A DNA stretch of 64,000 bases from Octopus sinensis (Eukaryota). The position numbers and the translations under genes are program-made. A model generated the notes under the pieces. It was not told the DNA's origin. It did no database searches and saw nothing but the letters and a program-made list of their open reading frames with translations. The stretch is from positions 172,422,001 to 172,486,000 of the forward strand of contig NC_042999.1 in the NCBI RefSeq assembly GCF_006345805.1. Direction: 5' to 3'. Below are positions 40,085 to 53,159 of the stretch, piece by piece (position 1 is the first letter of the stretch; the number at the start of each line of letters is the position of its first letter).

Positions 40085-40535
40085 CACTGGAATCGAACTC
40101 AGAATCTTGAGGTTTGTAGCCCGCGGTCTTAACCACGCCATATGTCCGTGGGCAATTATGGAGTGAATGTTAGGGCTTATAAATCTAATATTATCCTATC
40201 CTTCCCATATGCTCTTCATATCTGCAATTGGTCTGCTTAGGCGGTTGTTGTGACCTAGCATATGTGCTGCTTCTTTTAGTTTTCGTATTTTCCAGTGGTG
40301 TTCTGTCTATTATTTTAATTTCATCCCTCAGGGGGAGATGGTCTCCATTTTTCCATACATGATCAGTTATATCCGATTTATCAATATCTCCCCGTGTCAC
40401 GGCTTTACGATATTCTTCTACCTTTATTTTGAAGTGATGTATTACTTTTTAATACTGTCCTGATGTCATATGGGTCACATATCTTTTTGTATCTTTTCGG
40501 AGAGACCTTTCACATAGAGTAGACAGACTGTGGAC
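40085..40535 (-). mobile_element. Penelope-like element 3' fragment (GIY-YIG endonuclease C-terminal part)
   Basis: TVCLLYVKGLSEKIQKICDPYDIRTV, then (internal deletion) EEYRKAVTRGDIDKSDITDHVWKNGDHLPLRDEIKIIDR..KLKEAAHML. Confidence 0.8.
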
Positions 40536-40619
40536 AGTTTATCGGTTTCATTCTCTCTTTTACTTCATAACTGGAGTGGAGAGTATGCTCCAATAGCATA
40601 CTATCAAGCGCATACTAAC

Positions 40620-41080
40620 AGGTGCATTCGTGGTTGTATGGTAAGAAGCTTCTTCCTAACCACATGTTCCAGGGTTCAATTCCACTGTAGTCGGGTTGAC
40701 CAAATCCTTGTGAGTGAATTTGGTAGCTGGAAGCTGAATTAAGTCTGATGTATGTGAGTGTGTATGTGTGTGTTAGTGAGTGTGTGTGTGCGAGTGAGTG
40801 TGTGTATGTTAGTGAGTGTGTGAGTGGGGGGGATCGTGTACGTATGTGTGTGAGTGTGTGCGCACACGTGTGTGTGTGTCTGCATGTGTGTCTTTCTGTC
40901 TGTTTGTTTCCCACCACAACTTGACAAACTGTGCTGGTGTATTTACGTCCCCGTAAAGTAGCGGTTCAGTAATAGTGACTGATAGACTAAGTGCGTGGCT
41001 TTAAACATGTAAGTTCTTGGACTAAAATTTTTTCACTGCCATAGCATGGCCACAGACAAACAAATAAAAGATAAATAGAA
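40620..41080 (+). mobile_element. SINE family A, diverged, with expanded (GT/GAGT)n linker
   Basis: Head GGTTGTATGGTAAGAAGCTT..GGGTTCAATTCCAC; body CTTGACAAAC..GTATTTACGTCCCCGTAA..GCATGGCCACAG. Confidence 0.8.
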
Positions 41081-41844
41081 ATGTAAAATTATATACTCCT
41101 CCGTAGCTACAATCTAGATTATACTCTGGCCCTTCAGAACACTGTGCGTCTAGCATTCCTGTATACAAGTCATACTCCCAGAAATATCAATTCCTGAACG
41201 TAAACTTGTGGAACTAGAATGTCAGCGTATAAAGGTAGGAAATTTATTCACATTCGCTAGCAATCTAAGCTACGATTTTACAATTTGCTTTAATTTTTTT
41301 TTTTTTTTTTGATTAAGTATGCAGGACCTCCAGTCACTCTCCAGTAACAGGTTCAGAAAGTACAACGTGTTCTCCTTGAATATTTATCTCACTGAAACCA
41401 CTATAGAAACTGGAGTGGTCTGTTAGCCACTTAATCTTTGTATGCTGTTCACTGGATCTTTGTCATTCATAAAGGAAATATGTTTACCCTTTCATTTTGA
41501 AAATTTTAATCTGGGGATATTATTCACTATTTGTTTCACTAACATGAATCATTTAATATGGTAGGTTTTCTTGGTTCTTTTTTATCTTCGCCTCCCAGTT
41601 TGTTGTATATCTTGTTGGTTCCTCGTTATTTGAACTGAGGGCTAGGAAATTAGTTTAAGTTTTGTAGTTACAGCATAAGTTCCTATGAAAACGGACGCAT
41701 CTCTGACTTATCATTAAAACCATGTTCACTCTCTTACTGTCATAACTCTATGAAATGTAAAGAAAGGTCATCTAGTTCTCGGATAACAGATAGGTATATC
41801 TGCTTATGAAAGTGTTTCTAAAACTGCTTTGGCTAGTTCGTCAC

Positions 41845-41850
41845 TTGCTT

Positions 41851-41928
<78 letters not shown>

Positions 41929-41932
41929 GAAA
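41845..41932. repeat. (GA)n microsatellite
   Basis: Direct reading. Confidence 0.97.
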
Positions 41933-42252
41933 GAAAGCTGAATCCATAACTATCAAAGTCTGGCAAATATAAAAGAAATATAAATCAAAACTAGAAATGA
42001 TAAGGAATATCTTGTAAGATGCTGTTGCCCGGAAGGTATATACTGGTATCTATTATTGTTTAAAATGTTCCCGTATTGTATGAAATTAATTGGCGTAACA
42101 GGCACCAGGTATCCTTTTAGTATTTATATTCATGCACACATCCAAATGCAAATATACGTATATATGTGTGTGAATACAAACATATATACATACACACACA
42201 AACACACACACTGACACACGTGCGCATACACACATACGCGCACATTTATATA

Positions 42253-42296
<44 letters not shown>

Positions 42297-44059
42297 ATGT
42301 GTGTGTGTGGTGTGTGTGTGTGTGCATGTTTGTATTCATGTGACTACGTAAGCACACATTCGCACAACTGTGTACTCAGTTACACACGAACTCAAATACA
42401 CACGCACACATATATGGTTGTAGGTCTGTGTGAATCGAGAGAGAGAGAGGGAGTAAGACAGTAAGAGAGAGAGGTAGAGAAAAAAGTTGAAAAACTTGGG
42501 AGACTGAAGTGATTAATTTGATATGCTTAGTCACAAATTTTATTTTCATGATAGAAACAAACATATGGTGTGTTCTCAACAGATATCTTACCAGCACAGA
42601 ATTAATATTAAGGCTTAAGAAAATTCACTATCGTCGCAATATGCTTTTCAACTTGTAGAAAGGAGTAAATAACTGTACTAGACTAAAAATCGATAGTTTG
42701 GTTGAAGTAGTAGTATTTAACTAAATGTGTTATCACATAAAACTGTAGAATCCGGTAAGACTAACACTTGTCTCAATTGGCAAATAGTAAAGCAAAATGT
42801 TCAAAAATTGGAATAAATTTAATGCCACGATGAAGAAGGGAAGTCTAACATACCAGGCAGAATATTTTATAATGTTTAGCTTTGTCCCTCTCAGTACACA
42901 TTACAAATATCTCCAGATTTAAAAACCCTTTTCAAGGTAGATGATATAAATAGCGTCAGTGCATATGCTTCGATTGAATTGTTTATAACGTAAAAGTAAT
43001 AATTTGGCTTTGCGCCTAGTTAAAAAAAATATAACCATTAAGTATTGATGACTAAGCCAGATAAGTTTTAATCTTTACTAAAACATCTTCTATACTTTTC
43101 TTTCTTATACGTGTATCTTTTAAAAAAAATTGGCACAAGTACAACAGTATTGCTAAGGTACGTTGTTAAAATAATAAGGTCGAATAAACAGTCTGTATTT
43201 AAGGTGCCAATTTACAAACAGATATTAAGTTATGTTACCCATAAAAACTAAGAAAATTCTGTATTTTCTTCTAGAAATTATGTGTTTGTGTGTGTATGTC
43301 TGTGTGTGTGTGTGCGTGTGTGTGCGCGTGCGTGTGTTGTGCGTTATGTATGCGTGGATGAGTTTATATGGTTGCATATTTGTATGTACGTATGTATGTA
43401 TATCGCTCCCCTGACGATTTAACGTTGCCGGGAATGTTTTCCAAGTTATTCATAGATGCGGCTCATGTCTCCAATTTTATAAGCATGTCTCCTGATGATT
43501 GAAATTAACTGCTGTTCAGAAATTAAGAAGGGATCTCTTCCTTGTCATAGAAATTGCTATTGAAGTCTCCTTTCTTTTTCTCTTTTCTTTTCCGATCTTT
43601 TAGAATACTCTTCGCCTCCAGAGGAAGAGTCATAATTACCAAATGATAATTATGACAAGCTCTACTTCAAAAAGTTGGAAATGAGATCATCTCAAGATGC
43701 AAGAATTTCTCATAAATTAGCATGCCATTAAGGAAAAGGAATAACGCATAGTTTGTGGATAAGAGGACAGCTGCTGATACCTGTTCCTAGCTCCTGGATA
43801 AGAGGATAGTTGCTGATACCTGTTACTAGCTCAATACCCATTAGCAGCACGACAATCGCCCAACATCATCACTAATAACCAAAAGACTTAGATTTCTCTT
43901 AAACAGAATAAAATCGGCATAATTTAAACAAAATAGGTTAAGAGAAATAACTCGAAGTGTCAAGGGGCACGCATTTGCATAATATAGACATGTATATCGC
44001 ATAATCAGGAGATTATGGTTATGGTCACTGATCACTTTAACCATAACACATTTTACATC

Positions 44060-44473
44060 CTCGATATTTTACATCCTCGCGCATCTTCGATATTTTTCTC
44101 AGTTCTGCAGGTTGCAGGCCTCTCTGAACGTTCCTCTCTATCGACATTTTTTCCGGCCGTCTTTGAAACGCCTGAACTACTCGTATAGATGTGTGCGGCT
44201 CATACAATTATTTCCATATACTTTCTGCAATTTTGTGTAGGCCTTTGAGCAGGTATCGCTATGACAACTTTGTATATCATAGTCAATGCGACGATCAGAC
44301 TTTACATATGTAAATTCGAAACATTGCTGTAAAGAGAAGTGACGTAGAATGTTAAAACTTAGTGCACATGCACAGCAGAGGTCAAGGTCAATCTGTACCA
44401 AGCAGCTTCACTCTGGGTGTTTTAGCTTCGTTACTATAGCAGCAGTACGGATATTTACTGATCAGACCTCGTA
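44060..44473 (-). mobile_element. Mariner derivative, 5' part (same family as 9160-9983)
   Basis: TIR TACGAGGTCTGATCAGTAAATATC at 44473; SDTCSKAYTKLQKVYGNNCMSRTHLYE. Confidence 0.85.
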
Positions 44474-44489
44474 TGTGTACATATACATA

Positions 44490-45195
44490 TACAAGGTCTG
44501 ATTAAAAAATACATTCGGTTTGTTGCCATAATAACGAAACTAAAGCACGCAACATATAGGAGGTCTGATCAACAATTATCAAGACTGTTGCCATAGTAAC
44601 TAGGCTAAAGCACGCAACGTATACGATGTCTGATCGACGTGTAACACGTGATGTGTAACACATGATGTGTAACGTGTGATTGTCGCACTGATCACGACAG
44701 ACTAAGTTGTCATGGCAATACCTGTTCAGAGTCCCATGCAAAGTTTCCGAAAGTGTATGGGAATAAGTGTATGAGCCGCGCACATGTTTATAAGTGGTTT
44801 AGATGTTTCCCAGATGGCCGAAAAAAGTCGAGTTGATATTGACGATCATTCTGGGAGACCGGCAACTACCAGAGCTGAGAATAATATCGCGTATGAGCGT
44901 GCAGCTGTGAGGGGAAATTATCGAATCACCAGCCGTGAGCTATCTGATGATGTGCAGAATAAATACGGTTCAGTTCAGTCTATTATCACTGAAGATTTGG
45001 GTATCAGTGTATCTGATAACTTTGTGGCAAAACTGCTTTCAGCTGACCAAAAGTGACACTTGGGTTTCAGTTGTACTAGATATCCTTGGTTAAGTGTAGA
45101 ACGATGAAAACTTTTTGAAAACTTTACCTAAGCCTCTGAGCAGGTATCGGCAAGCTTTTGGCAAAATTGATGCAGATTCTCTGTTATGGTCAAGG
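44490..45195 (+). mobile_element. Mariner derivative with triplicated left terminus and internal inversion junction
   Basis: TIR-like starts at 44490, 44557 and 44622; KVYGNKCMSRAHVYKWF..DIDDHSGRPATTR..RITSRELSDDVQ..GSVQSIITEDLG..KLLSADQK..ENDENFLKTL; then an inverted DTCSEA..KFCQKL copy at 45125-45190. Confidence 0.85.
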
Positions 45196-45240
45196 AGATG
45201 ATCACATGCTTCGCACTTCCCTCCCAAGAGAGAGAATAAT

Positions 45241-45486
<246 letters not shown>

Positions 45487-46374
45487 GTAGTCGGCTTAGG
45501 CAGCTGGCTGGATAATGCAGTTGTAAAATATTTAAGGATTACTGGAGTCTTTGATTTAAATGCGATGGTCTTCATATATGTGTGTACGTAAGTGTGTGAA
45601 TCCAAACAAGTCAAAAGGATATCAAATATGTGAGGTTAGGTATGGGCAATAAGGTCCCGGCCAACATCTAATTGCTAGATACAGGATTCAGAATTCAATG
45701 AAACTCTGCTCGATGACAAATGGCCCCATTTCAATTTCGTCCCTAAGCATTCTGTCCTTTGATCATTGAATTACTTTATGAGTGGTTGTGAACGCCAAAG
45801 AAATTTGAATGTTTCAGATATAATCTATATAATAACCAGTGTGATTCAATCAAAAAGAATTAGAAGCATTTCGCTTACAGCTACATTCCATCCAGTGGGT
45901 TTCCGAATAGAATCCTTTTACTCCACTTCACTCAAAATACCATGGTTTTAAAAAATCCCTTGCCAAATTTTCTGCACACGTGAAACGAATCCCAAACTGA
46001 AGATTATGAAGCGAATATTGCACACAGTTGACTGTGCAGCGCATATTTGGCAAAACCTATTCATCTACATAAACATACAAATTTCACACCCATTTACATA
46101 CACACACATATGCATACATACACGCATGCAAGCATACGTACATACATGTGTGCATGCATATATGCGTGAATACATACATGCATACAAACATATATGCATG
46201 CATACATAAATACATACATGTATGCATGCATACATATATATAAGTGCATACATGCATATATAAATGCATGTATACATACATACACGCATACATATATACA
46301 CATATACATACATACACATACATACATACTTACATGCATACATACATACATACATACATACATACATACATACA

Positions 46375-46406
<32 letters not shown>

Positions 46407-48299
46407 CATACATATACATAGACTCGTACACGTATGTGTGTGTCTACATGCTTGTCTTTGTGCGTGTGGATGGGGCTGGGTCAGATAGAAAGAGAATACG
46501 AAAGAGAGTCAGTTCTGATGTATAGTTATCGATTGATTAATTTATCTTAGATGGGTATTGAAAGCTTATTTTCCATAATAGCGTAATTATGTATCTTTAT
46601 TGAGAGAATATGAAACAATGAATTCCATCAATGGTAATGCTAAAACTATTATTCATTCTAAAACAACTATAACAGCTATTTTTACAGTTTCACAAGAACT
46701 TTGAAACTGAGATCGTCTTCAAAATTAAGTCAAGAGGTCTCGAACATTGCCACCTATAATGTATTATTGTAATGTATTATTTTAAATTTATATCAAATAA
46801 AGGAAAATCCATTAGACTAGCAGGAAAATATTGAAAGTGAAAATATATCAATCTTAAAGAACATTCGTGACTTAAACTTTAGCTGTTTTAATGAAAGCCT
46901 TTTATCGGTGAATCTTTATCTTTTCCAACCTCTCTTTCTTCATTTATATTTCTCAATCTCTTTATTTTGTATTTTTCTCAGACTTTCTTAATCTTTCTCG
47001 ATCTTTGTTTCACTCTTGCATTGTTATTTTGCTTGCCAACCTCTGTACATATACATATGAGAGTGCGTGTGTTTATGTGTGTGAGTGTATGTATATGTGT
47101 GGGTGTGATGCGCGAGTATGTGTGTTTGAGTCTAACAATCTCAGTATCTACGTTGTCTTCCTTCGATATCTATTAATATATAAGTGTGTGCCTCTGTCTA
47201 CGTGTATATGAGTGTATTGGGTGTGTCCCTGTGCATGTGTGTGAATGTATGCACGTGTATGTGTGTGTGGAAGTGTTTGCGTGTGAGTACATGTGTGTGC
47301 ATATGTATGCATGTGTATGGGTGTGTGCTCCCTACTTAATAACATTCGCAAGGTATAAGCCAACCGGACCATTAGTATAGTAGTCGACACTTGTCTAATG
47401 TGCCACTCAGTCGAATCGTTCACCAGAAACGCGTTATTTTGTAGCCAACGATGAATATTCACAATTATTCCGAGCCTACTGCGTTTGTTTTTCCTTACAC
47501 TCACCTTTACTCACGTGTCAAGATTAATGATTTTTAACATCAAATAGAACCGCCTATACCCCATCAGACGTTTGTGGCCTTTTGCCCATATTAGGGAACA
47601 GTCTTTATGACATTTCTCCTTGCAACACACACACACGCCCGCGCACAAACAGTCTCTCTTCGCTTTGTGTGTGTGTGTGCGTGTGTTTGTGTCTGTGTTG
47701 GGGCATTTGTTTATGTATGTATGTATTTATGTATGTATGTATGTATGTATGTATGTATGTATGTATGTATGTATATATGCATATACGTATTTAGGTTGAT
47801 TTGCAGGTATGTATTTTCATATGTAACTGTATTCGTGCGTATATCTGTATTTGTATACGTGACTGATTATGTGTGTGTATATAACAAAGTCTTCACACAA
47901 GGAGTGGTTAGCATAGAACTCTCCGAAGATTTCTCCATGTAAATGAAACGAAAAATGGCTAATCCCTTCTCACAGGTAAACAAAGCAGCAATGGAATGTC
48001 AGTTTATCTTCAACATCTCATCCACTTGAATTTATTTCTCAGATCTCTAATATCGATCGTTCTTTCAACGATATTTTGAAATCACAAATAATCTTTACAT
48101 AAACAACCGTACACATGTGCGTTCCACAAAATCGTTATCAAATTCTTAATTGTAAGTAAACACATACACAAGTTATTTGTAGCGTCAATGTCATAAAAAG
48201 TTAAAGAGCTTGAAATATTTAATAACTAAACCGATGTAATTTATCTCATGATCATCGCATCCTTAGCCTCTGTTACAGATTCAGAAGAATATTCTTTTC

Positions 48300-48438
48300 T
48301 ATTCTAGGCACAAGGCCTGGAATTTTGGGGGAGGTGGCCAGTCGATTAGATCGACTCCAGTACGCAACAGGTACTTAATTTATTGACCACGAAAGGACGA
48401 AAGACAAAGAAGATCTCGGCGGAATTTGAACTCAGAAC
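48300..48438 (-). mobile_element. SINE family B, 5'-truncated
   Basis: Sense: GTTCTGAGTTCAAATTCCGCCGAG..GGTCAATAAATTAAGTACC..GGCCTTGTGCCTAGAATA. Confidence 0.8.
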
Positions 48439-48518
48439 TATACATAGTTAGTACTATGCATATTTATGGATAATCTTACGAAAGTTATATTCCCGGAGTA
48501 CAGAACCAATCACTTTCT

Positions 48519-48715
48519 ATGATGATAAAGATAATGATAACGATGACAATGATGTCGATGATGATGATGATGATGATGATGACGATGATGATGATGATGA
48601 TGATGATGAAGAAGAAGAAGAAGAAGAAGAAGAAGAAGAAGAAGAAGAAGAAGAAGAAGAAGAAGAAGAAGAAGAAGAAGAAGAAGAAGAAGAAGAAGAA
48701 GAAGAAGAAGAAGAG
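48519..48715. repeat. Compound (GAT)n-(GAA)n microsatellite
   Basis: Direct reading. Confidence 0.97.
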
Positions 48716-50581
48716 GAATTTTATTAGTGATTCGGGTCCATACACTGTACGGAAAGAAGAAAACATTGAAAAGAAATCTATGAGTAAATCTTCAGGAACC
48801 TCGTCAAATAAATAGCAAGTCTTGAAACAGTGGGTTTATCTCATGCAAAAATTAAATTCTGATGTTATACAACACCAACCCCGAGCCACAAATAGTCAGA
48901 ACGGTAATATAACGAAAACTTTGCTAAACTCAAGTCAATATATAACAAATAAAATGAGAGGATTAACTATAGCATTTTTAGCTCCCTTAGCAATCGCTCA
49001 TAAATTCTTATATGTAATCGAATCGACAGATCTCTCAACTGAACAATAAGTCAAGGCTACGTACACTAACATGAATAAGATATGTTATAAACGTGATGCA
49101 TAACTTGGGTACATACAACATTCAAAGAAGTGAGGGAACATATTTGTACACTACAGTTATTTCGATCCATTCCACACACCCCCAAAAAAGGCAAAGTAAA
49201 CGTTACACTGCGAAGCCTTTAATTATGAACATCTGGAAATTGACATAAATATAGAGAGTGTCATAGAGGGGCGATTGATCATTACTCTTGTAAGAGAGTA
49301 AGAAATTAGCATAAATTGTGTCTCCATTGAAGTCTAATGTCAATGGAGACATAGAAAAACTCCATCAAAAACTAGCATGAAATATGTTTTCCTATTGTGA
49401 ATTGCTATCCAGCTGAAGTCAACTTATTTTTCCATGGCTGTGCTCTATAAAATAAAGTACCAGTCATGTACTGGAATCCTTATAACAAATATACCCATTC
49501 CACCATATTTCAGGCATTTGCCCTACACGTATTTATTTCTATAAAGCATCATTTAGATATGCCTTTGTGTCTGCTAATAACGATAACGATGGCGTGTATT
49601 TTTCATATTTTCATAAGGTTAATTTTTTGACATCTATTGCCATAAGGTGTAAATCTTAATCTATGGTTATTGTACACACAACACTGGCCAAACCACATTA
49701 GCTTTGAGTTATTATATGTGCCAAGATGAACAGCGTTATTAAATGTATTGTCACATCTGCTTAGATCTACATCATATTTTGAAATATATATCTTTTAAAT
49801 GCTTTCCCATCACATCAAAGTTCTGAAGGGCGATTTTAGGTACATTTTCCAAGCATGTCCAATCAATATTAATCTTTTTGAACGAAAACATTTTATCAGC
49901 TGAGAAAGTCTGCGCTTTTGCAATGATCCATTTAATATTTATTCTTTATGGCAAAATTAACTCCAAGTGCAAATAATAATAAAACAGCTTGATACTACAC
50001 TTTTATCTCTTCTGCTTGTGTTTTACCTTAATGCCCATGCCTCGCTTAATATAGAAGTGAACTGTTTGAATGCCAGCATCAAAAAAATTGCAATTTAATT
50101 ATATTGATGATTGAACAATTCACGCTACTACCCACGTTAATTAGAGTTATTATCAAAAATCATTGCTGCTGTATTTCCATGTAGTATCAGAGATATCGAA
50201 CATCTGTGACTAGAAGGAGTTGAACCAATGGTGCATCGCATTCACAAAGGTTACTAAGTGAAATTACAGAGGGGATAAGGAATTGGGAATAAGAGAGTTA
50301 CTAGTTTAGAAAGGTTTAAAATTACTTCCCCAAATTTCGAGTTCAATCGGTAATTTATAGAAAATCAGGGAGAAAATTAATGAGCATTATAGAACTAAGT
50401 TATACAAGTGTAAAGTAATTAGTTACAAACATTATTACTTTATTTCGTGCATAAATATATGATTACTAGTCTGAAAAATTACTATCTAAGTTTATTTGTT
50501 GTTCTATTGGACTCTCCCTGCTATGTCATGTTTGTATATAATAAGTATATGTCATTGGTAAATTGATATTATTGTTTCAAT

Positions 50582-50790
50582 AAAGGCGGCAAGCGTGTAG
50601 AATCGTTAGCATGCTGGGTGAAATGCTTAGCGACATGTCCGTCTTCATGTTGTGAGTTTAAATTCTGTCAGGATCGACTTCGCTTTCATCCTTTCAGGAT
50701 CGATAAAATAAGTAGCTGTTGAACCTAGGTGTCGATTTAATCAGTTTAGCCCCTTCTCCGAAACTGCTGGCCTACGGCCAAAAATTTGAG
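50582..50790 (+). mobile_element. SINE family B, diverged full length
   Basis: AAAGGCGGCAAGC..GAATCGTTAGCATGCTGGGTGAAATGCTTAGCG..TTTCATCCTTTCAGGATCGATAAAATAAG. Confidence 0.8.
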
Positions 50791-51089
50791 CCCGTGTCAT
50801 TGTTTCAACTTTGATTATCTGTCTCAACGTTCTGAGTTCAAATTCTGTCCAAATCTGCTATTACTTAAACAAATTCTCCAATGATGACAGATACAAATTA
50901 AAATCTATGCACACAGTAAAGAGCCGTGTGTTCAGCAATTGTTCACCATAAACGCTCTACATGCTTTGAATTTGATGCTTCGTTGAATAATTAACTTTTC
51001 TCTCTATCTCTCCCCCTCTCTCTCTCTCTCTGTCGCTCTCTATCTCTTGCTCTCTCTGTATATATATACACATACACACACACACTTAC

Positions 51090-51477
51090 AACGAGGGGGT
51101 ACCCAAAATAAATCGAAATTTTGCAGATTTTTACCGACTTAGTTTTACATGTTTACTCTTTTATCGGCTTCTAAGTATTCCTGACGCGTTTTCCACTACT
51201 TGAAGCAGCCCCGGAAGTTTTGCGAAATGACGCATTTTAACGCCTCCGTCGTTTTTTTTTTTTCTTAACCTCTTCCACATTTTCAAATTCCGTAGCACTC
51301 GTAAACCTCCGTTTTCCTCATGGCAGCGTCCATGAAAGCTGTTTCAACCATGGCAACTCTTCCGACCGCCGTTTACCCCAGCAGAAAGCAGAATGTCACG
51401 GAAGCACGCTGTTACATCGATTCAGCCACCGCAAAAAAAAAAGTGCGAAGTACTGCTAAACAATGACACACCTCGTA
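51090..51477 (-). mobile_element. Mariner-type MITE
   Basis: Ends ACGAGGGGGTACCC.. and ..GACACACCTCGTA (ACGAGG-type TIRs); minus strand retains QRASVTFCFLLG*TA..AMVETAFMDAAMRKTEVYE. Confidence 0.75.
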
Positions 51478-51649
51478 ACAATACAACTCCACCACATAAA
51501 GCCAGTCAGTAGACTTATGTCTAAAGGTTGCATCGAGCGGCTAGTAGCTGCAGAAGCCTTAACTATTAGTAGCTTGTCCCACAGAAAATATTTCTGGTTA
51601 CTTTTAAGTACGTTCTCGTATATATATATATATGTAGGCTTTTCGTCTT

Positions 51650-51850
51650 TTACCTTTTTCGATCATTAAACTGCGGCCATGCCTGGGCATCGCTTTGAAG
51701 AACATTAATCAAACGAATCGACCTCAGAATTACCGTTTCTAAGCCTGAACTTCTATCCGAAAGCTTTTTGCCGAAACGCTGGGTTACGAGAACATAAAAC
51801 CAGCAACGCTGTCTGTCAAGCGTTAGTAGGGGTCAAATACAAACACAAAA
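51650..51850 (-). mobile_element. SINE family A 3' body, diverged
   Basis: CTGCGGCCATGC..ATCGACCTCAG..TTTTGCCGAAACGCT..TGTCAAGCG resembles the reverse complement of 8950-9130. Confidence 0.7.
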
Positions 51851-52179
51851 GCACACGCACATACACAATTTAACATAATTTCAGTGTTACTCACATCAGA
51901 ACAAACATATTCGGCATAGAGTTATTAGAAATAAAACTGAATAAAGGATATATTTCATTTAATACGTTGAAGGTTCATAAAACTTATTGATAATTCCGTA
52001 AGTGATTACTTTGCTGTTTTTCTCATATGTATTTTTCTCGCTTTTACTCACCCTTGAAAACCTCGTGATAAGTGCCTTGTATCAGCATGAAGCATGTTCT
52101 AGCTGTTGAATAATTAAATGAGTGATAGATTAACGAAATTGTTTTCATAGATCCTATGCTGACTATATATGTACATAAG

Positions 52180-52250
<71 letters not shown>

Positions 52251-52255
52251 GAAGG

Positions 52256-52306
52256 AGCTTCTACAGGACTAGAACTGTTTCATTCAAGAGAAATCTTCAG
52301 GAAGCT
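52256..52306 (-). ncRNA. Type I hammerhead ribozyme, mirror copy
   Basis: Identical to 52303-52353 because of the palindrome. Confidence 0.75.
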
Positions 52307-52353
52307 TCCTGAAGATTTCTCTTGAATGAAACAGTTCTAGTCCTGTAGAAGCT
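52303..52353 (+). ncRNA. Type I hammerhead ribozyme (predicted cleavage after GUA at 52347)
   Basis: AGCTTC-CTGAAGA-TTTC-TCTT-GAAT-GAA-ACAG-TTCTAGTC-CTGT-A-GAAGCT: stem I 6 bp, core CUGANGA/GAAA, stem II 3 bp plus U.U, stem III 4 bp with 8-nt loop. Confidence 0.75.
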
Positions 52354-52476
52354 CCTTCTATATAATAAATTAATTTTACTCTGCTATGTATTAAGTACCT
52401 TATTTACTGTGGTTAACCCCGAATCAACCCGGGACCTACATATATATATATATATATAATATATATATATATATAT

Positions 52477-52528
<52 letters not shown>

Positions 52529-52578
52529 TAGATAGATAGATATAGATATAGATAGATAGACATATAGATAGATAGATT

Positions 52579-52614
<36 letters not shown>

Positions 52615-52617
52615 TAT

Positions 52618-52657
<40 letters not shown>

Positions 52658-52740
52658 CTAGAGAGATAGATAGATAGATAGATAGAAGATAGACAGACAG
52701 ACAGATAGATAGGCAGACAGACAGACAGACAGACATATAT

Positions 52741-52790
<50 letters not shown>

Positions 52791-52881
52791 TATAGATAGA
52801 TATATAGATATAGATAGATAGATATGTAGATATATAGATATAGATAGATAGATATGTAGATAGATAGATATAGATAGATAT

Positions 52882-52912
<31 letters not shown>

Positions 52913-53107
52913 TAGACATACTTGATGCAGTTTGCTTTCTCTATAGTTTGTAAACTACTATACTGAAGTGTATCGGTAGTCCGAAGAACCGTAATCGGGA
53001 AACGAGCCTATGAACATTAATATAAAATTCTATTTACCTTTGTTTGACATACATTCAGACATATATATATATATATTTACATGTACGTGTGTATGTGTGT
53101 GTGTGTG

Positions 53108-53147
<40 letters not shown>

Positions 53148-53159
53148 AAATATATGGCA

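Larger units (their letters stand above)
52242..52367. repeat. Perfect 126-bp spacerless DNA palindrome centred on AAGCTT
   Basis: Position x pairs with 104609-x from 52242 to 52367; (AT)n lies on both sides of the 52240-52440 cassette. Confidence 0.97.

Noticed and set aside
43485-43545. CTGATGA..TGAA/TTCA..GAAA hammerhead-like motif
   Set aside because: No stem I or stem III pairing around a valid NUH site.
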